Of a stretch of DNA of 64,000 bases, positions 24,600-33,900 are shown piece by piece. Each line of letters opens with the position of its first letter. Positions within the stretch are counted from its first letter, which is position 1. The notes below the pieces were generated by a model. That model had not been told where the DNA came from, searched no databases, and was given only the letters and a program-made list of their open reading frames with translations. Source of the stretch: Marsupella aquatica (Eukaryota > Plantae > Marchantiophyta); contig OZ316893.1 in assembly GCA_973895155.1 (NCBI GenBank), forward strand, positions 26,338,798 through 26,402,797, written 5' to 3'. Position numbers and translations under genes: made by a program.

Positions 24600-25595
24600 C
24601 TAGGTGGGCACCGCCACATCCTTTTCTTTGGCCTGTCCATTTGCGAATGGTTTTTTCTCCTCGTGGTTGGCAAGGGCATTGGCTTCCCCTCCCGCAGAAG
24701 AGGAGGACCGAGGTGGTCCTCCCACTTGCTGTGACAACACCACCTCTTTCCCATTCCTGTCCATTTTGCCTGCTGCCTCCAATTTGGCTGCTTTTGCAGC
24801 GACAGCAGCTGCTCGACGGTTTCGGCGTTTGCTTTGGATGACACGAACATACTGCGAGACAATGAGATGGATTTTGGGGTTGAATTTGACTCCCCCCGGC
24901 AAAACCTTGTTGAGAGACTTCGTGGCTTGCCTTTGCGCTCGGTGGAAATGGAGGCCGCACAAGGGTGGTACCACGGCCCGCAGCACAGGCTTTCCGCATG
25001 TTTGCCCGGTCCGGATCATGTGTGAACACGGTTTGTACAAACGTTGCCGGGGATCAAGCAGAATGTGCGCAAAACAGAAGACGCTCAGTGATAACGGCTT
25101 CGCCGTGCAACCCTGAGCCCCACAATGCACGTTCTCTGCAATCCCTAATCTCCTGTCGGGCTCCCTCATGCCATCTCCACTTCCACCACTCCCACCTCCT
25201 TCAACAGCTGCTGCCCCATCTCTCTCTGCATCAACGTCGACGTCGTCACGCCATCCGCTCTTGCCGTGGCGGAGGTAGAAGCGGCGGTACTTCGTGCGCA
25301 TCTCCTCGACGAGGCCCCAGTACTGCGACCGGTACACCTTCATGAGTTTGCGGAGCCTCCTCACACGTCGCTGAATGACCTCCTCCATCGTTAGGCCCTC
25401 CGCCCGCTTGAGAATTTGATCCTCGTCCGGTTGCTGCACTGACGCCGACTCAAACTGGCTACAATCCGACTCGCAGTCGGAGGCCCCTGCGCAATCGGAG
25501 CTGTTGTTATTGTGGTTGTGGTCATTGTTCTCGTGATTGTCTCCTCCTCCTCCCCTGCCTCCCATAGTGCCCCTTCCGCCTCCGACCGTGCCCAT
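24600..25595 (-). CDS. KANSL2: zf-C3Hc3H protein, KAT8-regulatory NSL complex subunit 2 / INO80 subunit D-like; intronless CDS
   Basis: 331-aa ORF. It carries LTMEEVIQRRVRRLRKLMKVYRSQYWGLVEEMR, the C3H-C3H finger CGAQGC-KPLSLSVFCFAHILLDPRQRLYKPC...CGKPVLRAVVPPLCGLH, and PKIHLIVSQYVRVIQSKRR, all typical of the plant family. Confidence 0.88.
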   Translation of the reverse strand: MGTVGGGRGTMGGRGGGGDNHENNDHNHNNNSSDCAGASDCESDCSQFESASVQQPDEDQILKRAEGLTMEEVIQRRVRRLRKLMKVYRSQYWGLVEEMRTKYRRFYLRHGKSGWRDDVDVDAERDGAAAVEGGGSGGSGDGMREPDRRLGIAENVHCGAQGCTAKPLSLSVFCFAHILLDPRQRLYKPCSHMIRTGQTCGKPVLRAVVPPLCGLHFHRAQRQATKSLNKVLPGGVKFNPKIHLIVSQYVRVIQSKRRNRRAAAVAAKAAKLEAAGKMDRNGKEVVLSQQVGGPPRSSSSAGGEANALANHEEKKPFANGQAKEKDVAVPT

Positions 25596-26860
25596 GCCCC
25601 CACACTGGCAATTTTCGACTCCAAAAACGAAGATAAAAGACCTAACCAGAGAGGGAACTTGATGCGAGCTTCAGCACCTGTATGGAGTGATAAGGAGAAG
25701 AAAATCAGCAATGAAAGCTCTTTAACTACCACCGTCTTGCATATGCCTAAGTCAGCCTAACAAACTCTTCCGGACCTAAGAGCTTGGAATGACAACATTG
25801 ACACAATTAGGTTAGCGGATACTTCTGAGACAAAACGGCTAGCGGACCTGTGAGTAATGCCAAACAGAAGCAACCAAGACTTCACGAAAGAGAGAGCTCG
25901 CGAATCTCAAAAAGACCACAAAAGAGACAGAGGCCGGGGACGTCTCATAAAGGAGCGACCCCTAAATCGTAGGCTTCCAGAATTGACGATATTTGACAAT
26001 ATTTCTCGGGATGGAGTACCATGTTTCTGCGATTTAAACAGTTGACGCGGAGACAGAACAGGACGAAATGATGGGAGGAAACCACTGTAATCAACGAATC
26101 ACGGTTTGAACAAAATTCTGACGAAGCTGTTACAATTCATTTCGAAGAATGCCTCATTATCCGTAAAATCCGCAACATGCACAAACCAGGTTTCCCTTTT
26201 CTCAGAACAATCACTTCGCTCTCGACCTAAAATAACCGTCGAATGATGTCACTCTTGTGCTCCAAATCTCCACCCCGGGAACCGAAATTCAAAATCTATT
26301 ACAAGTTATTATACAAAATCGGCCTAAATCTTCCCCAAACAAACAATCGTCGAACCAAGTCTCTCTCATTCCCTCGATCATTAAAACCAGCCGCCTAAGA
26401 TTCGAAACAAAGGGCGACAAGCAGTACAGACGGTCATGAAATGTACATTGATTTTTCGAGACGAAAATCACCTCAATACGCCAATATCAATCACATTTCG
26501 ACAATGCTGCAAAACAAGAGAAAATCTTCACGACAGTGTCTATCTCCGTCCCTCGATTACTTTTCTTCCTTGTTCCGTCGTCGTGAACCGCCCGCATAGC
26601 ATGAAGAGGGCGGAAAAAGGGGCACTGCAGTACCATAACAGAGGGCAGCAGTAACACCTTGGGAGAGCTCGGATCCACAGAACCGTCCTGACGAATCCTT
26701 CAAGGAAATCCAATTTCACTTCGAAGCACACGAATAAGGAACAGAGAGCTCATCAAGAGACAAGGCGTCCGCTCCGACATTCAAATGAAGCATCAATCGC
26801 GGAGTCCGGGTTAGGTGAAGAATCTGGCTGGTTCGAACTCAGCTGGAACCCTCACCAGCA
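25596..26860 (-). repeat. Left arm of long inverted duplication; upstream leader / 5'UTR region of the KANSL2-like gene
   Basis: Its reverse complement aligns by eye along its length with 29647-30922. The paired spurious ORFs 26487-26731(-)/29646-29945(+) and 25512-25760(+)/30658-30921(-) encode near-identical peptides. Confidence 0.92.
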
Positions 26861-26980
26861 AACAAAGTTGACAAAATATATAGGCTAGACTCAATATGAA
26901 ATTTTCACAGAGTGAAAGAACGTTAGCATGGATTTTGGGCACAGTAGCCCCATTACCCCTTCCTTGAATGTAAAGAGATA

Positions 26981-29052
26981 CTAGCCCCGACTACCCATTC
27001 TTTGAATGTGAATAGCGGGGGTACAATGAAAATGTCATCAAAATATATTTATCATTCACATTTTTGACTGTCAATGAAATGATAAAAAAATATCATGCAT
27101 GTCATCATTGTAATAATCATCCATAATATATCATACTCTTTTCAATGCACATTACTTTTTCTATGCACATACGAGTCTGATGCATGTGCATTGCACAAAA
27201 GATGTTGAGGCAAGGAAAAGATATCAAGGTGAGAAGAGATGTCAAGGAGAGAAAAAGATGTTGAGGTGACAAAAATTGTCGAGGTGAAAAAGATATCGAG
27301 GAGAGAAACGATGTCAAGGAGAGAAAAATATGTTTAGGTGAGGAAAAGAAATTGAGGTGAAGAAAGATGTCGAGTAGAGAATAGATTGTTGAGGAGAGAA
27401 AGAGGGTTTAGGGTTCAATCTAATCCATGCTTAGAGCATTCTTAGATTTCACATACTACCCCAAATATTTTGCCAAATGGAATCTAAATTTTTAGTAATC
27501 ATTTATTTATGGCAAGAAGACGTCACACTAAGGTAGTGTGGGTGTTAGATCACCCACTGTACCATAGTGGTAACCTAGTTGGAGGTCAAATTAAATTTAC
27601 TTCCAGGCTACCATGATCTGACAGCATAATGTTTTACAACCAAAACTGTTTTTGAAGGGGTTTTTTAATGCCCCTTAGCCCAAACATGTGTTGGTGATGT
27701 CTTTCAACAGGAAAACAAGTTCTCCAAAGCAGTTTGCCAAGTGTAATTTTTTCTGCACTCGACCATACTAAGACTTCAAATTTGTGTACTGGGAACCTGA
27801 GTGCTTTAATTATCTAATCATTAAAGCGCAATCAAAGGCTACTCCTTGTGTTTGCTGTCTAGTCAGAGTGAAGACTCTAGACCATGACTAGTGGTGAGGT
27901 GTAACTAAATGAGAGGATCTAGACAAAAACATAGAGGTTGCGAACAAAAGATGAACATGAAGTAACACTAAGTCTTTTTTTGTTCTCTATTCCTCTCTGT
28001 TTACAATCAAGGAACATGTAATCAGACTACAGTAGTTTATTTTAGGCGCAACCCTAACTACAGTACTAGTAAACTACATTAATACTATCATACTGGGAAT
28101 CGAGGTATTCTATGTTGCGAGCAAACAGGAGATTTTGATAGTGAGGAGATTTTGATAGCGAGACAATAATGGTTCCAAATTTCAGTTACTTTTTGGTGCC
28201 TTTTACATTTTTTGTGTTTTTTTAAAGGCTGCAGATGGCTAGCGAGCTCGCTAGCAAAAAGGGAGTCCCCAAAAGGGATGTTACTAACCAGATAGTTGAT
28301 AGCGAGGCAGTTGCATGTAGAAAAATAGGGGTCATGCAGGAATTTTTTTTGCTCGTGCGAGTAAAATTTTTACTGTTTGCTCGCACGTTACAATTACCCC
28401 TGGGAATCCCTATCTAAGTTTGAGGAATGGGTAATTAATTTATCAGGGGCTCTCAAAGCTTACAAATTATGAATGATAGCATTCAGCCTTAACCCACCAC
28501 TGTCCGCCAGGTTAGGGGCGGATAAATAGAACACTTTTTACTGTTTTGAACCCATTTTTTTGGGTTTATTTTAGTAACCTGGATCCACCAGGTTTTGCTT
28601 GGGGGCTTTAAAGGAATGGTCATAACTTTTTCACAAGGTTACATATAATTTATTTTTTGTATTTACTTTCACCAGCCTCTACAATGACTAATCTTACTTA
28701 TAAAGTGCCAACTACAAGCTAGAGTTGAGGCCTAGGCTTCTAGAGTGAAAACTCTAGACCATAACTCCATGGCTCATCATGTGGATGTGAAAACCCATGA
28801 TATGATGTATGTCAAATGATAATCATGCATGCTTTGTGTCATGATTTCTATTTATACTAAGAAATAAGCTCTATGGCCCCACCATAACATATGTGAGAGG
28901 GATGTGCATAGAAAAGAGTACACTATGTTATATGTATGATTATTAAAATGATGACATGCATGCATATTTTTTTATCATTTCAAAATATTTTGGTGACATT
29001 GTTATTGTATTCCCCCGCTATTCATGTTCAAAGAACGGGTAGTCAGGGCTAG
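26981..29052. repeat. Inner inverted repeat pair (26981-27152 vs 28902-29052) inside the spacer of the large palindrome
   Basis: ctagccccgactacccattctttgaatgtgaatagcggggg...atgcatgtcatcatt...tactcttttcaatgcacat pairs with atgtgcatagaaaagagta...aatgatgacatgcat...cccccgctattcatgttcaaagaacgggtagtcagggctag. Confidence 0.8.
27200..27400. repeat. Degenerate purine-rich ~19-bp minisatellite (aaagatgtYgaggWgagaa)
   Basis: gatgttgagg / gatatcgagg / gatgtcaagg units recur. Confidence 0.65.
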
Positions 29053-29507
29053 TGGAAATGGTATACTACTAACGCTTATGGCAAAAAGTTACTACCTATG
29101 AAAATGGTAGTCCGTAACTTTTTGTATCCATAACCTCTATTAGGACTAACTCTAGTCTAGGGTTGATCTCTTGTTACTTACGCTAAATCGCCATTAGGGT
29201 GTTAATGGTGATTACCCATAACTCTTGCATCTAGCATATAGAGGGGTTAGTAAGAGCTCTTCTTGGAGACTCATGTTCATTTTTAAGTGAGCTAGGTGCT
29301 AGAAGATGAGCTTATGCAACAAGACTTAGTGTGACCATGGTGACCAAAGCTTAACAAAACTCTTGTGTGTTCTCATAGACGTAGCCTTGACAAAAATGAA
29401 CCATGTATCTCTTTGTGTCAGTGTGTGCATGCTTGTTAATTATGTTAATGATTATTTCGTGATAATTTTCCCAACATTAACTAGAAAGTTAAGGTACATC
29501 AAATTGT

Positions 29508-29566
29508 CACCTTTGAGACACCCTAGTTTATATGCGCACCTTTGAGACACCCTAGTTTATATGCGC
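29508..29566. repeat. 29-bp tandem duplication (cacctttgagacaccctagtttatatgcg)
   Basis: Two identical adjacent copies. Confidence 0.85.
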
Positions 29567-29646
29567 CAACCTTACAGTAGTACTATGGTACTGGGAATCC
29601 CTAACCCGGCCGTGACTCTGGGCTACGGATAGAGATCACTAACCCG

Positions 29647-30922
29647 TGCTGGGGTTCCAACGGAGTTCGAACCATCCAGATGCTTCACCTAACCCGGACT
29701 CCGCGATTGATGCTTCATTTGAATGTGGAGCGGACGCCTTGTCTCGTGACGAGCTCTCTATTCCTTATTTCGTGTGCTTCGATGTGAAATTGGATTTCCT
29801 TGAAAGGCTTCGTCGAGACGATTCTGTGGATCCAAGCTCGCCCAAGGTGTCATTGCTGCTCTCTGTTATGGTAATGCGGTGCCCCTTTTTCCGCCCTCTT
29901 CACGCTATGCGGGCGGTTCTCCACGTGAACAAGGCAGAAAAGTAATCGAGGGACGGAGACAGACTCTTGTCCGTGAAGATCGTTCTTATTTTGAAGCATT
30001 GTCGAAATGTGAATTGGTATTGCCGTCTTGAGGTGATTTTCTTCTCGAAAAATTCAATCTACATTTCATGACCATGTATATTGCTTGCACCCATTTGTTC
30101 TGAATCTTAGGCGGCTGATTTGCATGATCAAGGGACAGAGAGAGACTTGTATTTGAAGATTGTTTGTTTAGGGACGATTTGGGCCGAAACTGTAAATTAA
30201 CTTGTCATACATTTTGAATTTCGGTTCCCGGGGTGGAGATTTGGAGCAAGAGTGACAATGTTCGACGGTTATTTTAGGTCGAGAGCGAAGTGATTGCTCG
30301 GAGAAGCGAGAGAATTGGTGTACGTGTTGCGGATTTTTACTGATCATTAGGCATTCTTAAAAAATAATTAAGACAGCTTTTTTAAGAAATTCGTCGAACC
30401 GTGATTCCTTGATTACAGTGGTGTCCTCCTATCATTTCGTCCTGTTCTTTGTCTCCGCGTCAACTGTCTGAATCGCAGACACATGGTACACCATCTAGAC
30501 AGAATATCGGCAATTCTGGGAGCCTATGATCAGGGTGTCGCTCCTTTTTGAGATGTCCGCCACCTCTGTCTCTTTTGCGGTCTTGTTGAGATTTCTCGAG
30601 CTCTCTTTTATGAGTAGTCTTGGTTCCTTCTATCGGGCATTGGCATCCCAGAGTTACTCAAAGGTCCGCAAGTCGTCTTGTCTCAGAAGTATCCCGTACC
30701 CTAATTGTGTCAATATTGTCATTCAAAGCTCTTAGTTCCGGAAGGATTTGTTGGTCGTGCGTAGGGATGGGCAAGACGTTGTTAGTTGAAGAGCTTTCAT
30801 TGCTAATTTTCTTCTCCTTATCACTCAATACAGGTGCTGAAGTTCGCATCACGTTCCTTCCCTTGGTTAGGTCTTTTATTCTCTTTGTTGGAGTCAACGA
30901 CTGCCACAAACGGGACGACATG
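29647..30922 (+). repeat. Right arm of long inverted duplication; upstream leader / 5'UTR region of the FHA-BRCT-RING-PHD gene
   Basis: Shared blocks include cttcacctaacccggactccgcgattgatgcttcatttgaatgt, gacggttattttaggtcgagagcgaagtgattg and cttctccttatcactcNatacag|gtgctgaag (a putative acceptor conserved in both arms). Confidence 0.92.
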
Positions 30923-30989
30923 CAGGCGCTCTAAATGCTGTTTGGGGAGGCTTTAAACTTGCTGTTCTTGCGGTATTAAAGATTGACGT

Positions 30990-33900
30990 ATGCCTCCACT
31001 CCTGCGGCCTGTGACTTATTTGAGTCCTCCCAAGGGACCAGCACTGGTACGAAGCAGTCAAATACCTGTTTGTTTTCGTTGTCTAGGACGTGTAAATTGC
31101 ACGACCATACCAACAATTGCTTTCATTCTATGCTGTTCTGTCATTATCGATAGGTTATCGGATACATGAGAGAATTAAGTCGCTAAAACTCGGGTGTTGT
31201 GATGCAGGTACTGACGGACAATGAGACGTGGCTAGGGCGAGGGTCTTTTGCGTTATCAGAGAAAGCTCAGCTCGTCTGCAGCAGGAAGCAAGCATGCCTG
31301 AAAATAACACATACAGCTGTTACACTTGAGTGTCATGGCCTCAATCCCATCTACTTCGTCGTCTGCCACTCTGCCAACTTCCAAGCCAGCGTGAGTGCTC
31401 ATGGCTGTAGTTACCTATATTGGTTTCTTTTGAATGTAATTCTGGTCAAATTTTCTATGCAAATCTGGACGGAGGCCAAGCTATTAATCCGATGGCATAT
31501 GCTAGGCTTCTGATTAGTTGGGAGATTTCATCACTGTACAGCAGTTTTACCAGAGAACTCTCGTCGTATATGTTACACCAAGCCTAAACAAAGAACTCAG
31601 GGTGTGAAGTTTGTTGTCACAACAGCAGGACACTCCTCCCTCGAGGCTTCATCAACTAAGGAGAGGGGAGGCTGTGGAGCTAGTGGATGGTGATCAATTC
31701 TACCTTGCGCCGAAGGAATGTCTCCTCACAGTTGCTATCAAGCCCTTGAAGTCAGAAGACGATGAAGAATCAGAGCAGCTGACACCAGATGCTGTTCATT
31801 TGAATGTCCATTATGATGGGTCTCTCGCCGTTCAAGTTTACTCCCCAAAAGCCACTCAGCTAGGTCAGGCTTTGACAAATTCAGTCGTAGAACAACACAG
31901 ACTGCTCCAGACAAGTGTATCATCGTCACCTGAAGTATGCATCAACTTAGCTGACAGGTGCTTTACCAAAGATGTCTGTATCCGTTGTCCCAGTGAGCAC
32001 AAGCGTTGTTTATGCTCCTCCGATGGAAGCTGTCAATGTGATGTCGTGAAAGCTGCCCTGGCTCCCCCCTTCGGACTTCAAGTCCCCGTGATCGAAGACA
32101 GTTCAGTTCACCTAGTTGACTTATCGAAGACTGCAAGAATTGGAGATTCTACTCGTGGTGATGTTGCGAACAACACCAGAAACGGCGAGCGAGATGCAAG
32201 CGAGATCAGTGTTGTTTCTGCGTGCTGGCATTCCCCTGAACAGCTCAGAGTGGATTCATCTAAAGCAGGAGATCCCCTTACTCCCACCCAAGCAGGTACC
32301 CTAGCAGCTGGTAGCTTCGTGCATGGGAAAGGTTGCGGCTTTAGCATTAATGCCTCAGAAAAAAATTTTATTCGAAGCTTTCAGCCAGACACTATCAGTT
32401 GTGGTGTAGAATCAAAAAGTGCTCTAAAATTAGGTGAAAATAGTCACCGTGATGCCTGTGAAGGAAGCAAACAAGTTACTACCAGGAACGTATCCGACTG
32501 TGCATCTTCTCCATCATTGGCTGACAGGGGAGACCCTGCTCCTGTGGAGGTTGTGAGTGACACTACAAGGTCAAAAAACTTAGACCAGGTTGCTATTGTT
32601 TCAGATGGTGAGCATCTTCCGGAAGCTTTTAAATCAGATTCGTCTCCAGCAGGAGGAGCTTCTCTTAACTCCACCGAAAGATGTACGTTAGCAGCAATAT
32701 GCTCCGTGGAGGCAAGGGGTCGCGGTACTAGCAACGGCATTACGGGAGAAGTTATTACTCAAAGTATTCACCCAGACGCCGTCGAATGTGGTTTAGATTC
32801 AAGAGGTTCTCCAGAACTAGATTTAAGACGCTTCCCTCGTGCTCATGAAGCCGGCAAACAACTTATCACTGGGAATGTCTCCGGATATACGTCTCCTCCA
32901 CTTTGTCCCAGACCTAATCAAGTCCAAGATGACGGGCCGTTGGCAACGGATCGTCAGCAAAACTCTCTACAACCCGGGCAACCATGTAATCCTGCTGGAT
33001 TCCCAGTCATCACAGGATGTCCAGAAAAAGTAGGAGCTGTTTTAGGGAGGTACGGGGCTGCTGAAATGTTAGACATATTAATGAAGCAGGGGAATGCTGA
33101 GCCGAGTTCCCCACTTCAATCAGTACCAAGTTCCCATATCCCACCTCCCGATGGTGTTTTCAAGGATGCTTCAAGAACGATTTGTGAAGTTCAATACGCC
33201 AGAGATTCCCTACCCAAAATGCGAGAATTTATTGATTTGACAATATCTGAGGATGATGTGAAGAGTCAGGCTCAAACTCAGTCAGAGACTGTGCAGGCTG
33301 GACACAGCACGTCCAATAATGATAGGACTGGTCCTGTCGAGGACATGACAAAGGTCGTTGTAACGGTTTCTGGCTACGAGGACCTTTTACGAGCAAGACT
33401 CATCAACCTGATCTCTGCAACCGGTGCTGCTTATACTGGCAGCCTGACTAAATTGAATACCCATGTGGTAGGTTTCATCCTGTCTAAAATTTTTGCGCTA
33501 TACTATTGCACTTCATTAGTTTGCTTGGGTAAGATTTGAAGGCTGCGAATGTTCTGTTTTCCTAGTTCTTGACTTTCAAATACAAAGTTGACTGTTCTCA
33601 ATGGTGGTTTGCTCTCACGTACTGATCCAGCAAGCACTTCCATTGCTAGGTCTGCTGGAAATTCAGAGGGGCAAAGTATGAGATGGCGAAGAAGCTTGGA
33701 AAGACGATAGTAAATCATTGTTGGTTTGAGGATTGCCTAAGGGCAGGCAGACGGCTTCCGGAAGGGCCTTACTATACAAGGTGATAATTGTCACTTTTTG
33801 CTGTTTGCACAACGACAGTGAGTGGGGCTTCCATTGAACTTTGTCTGGAGTGGAAGGTCTGCAGCGCAATAGTTTTCTTTGTTTTGTGGTCCTTATCTTG

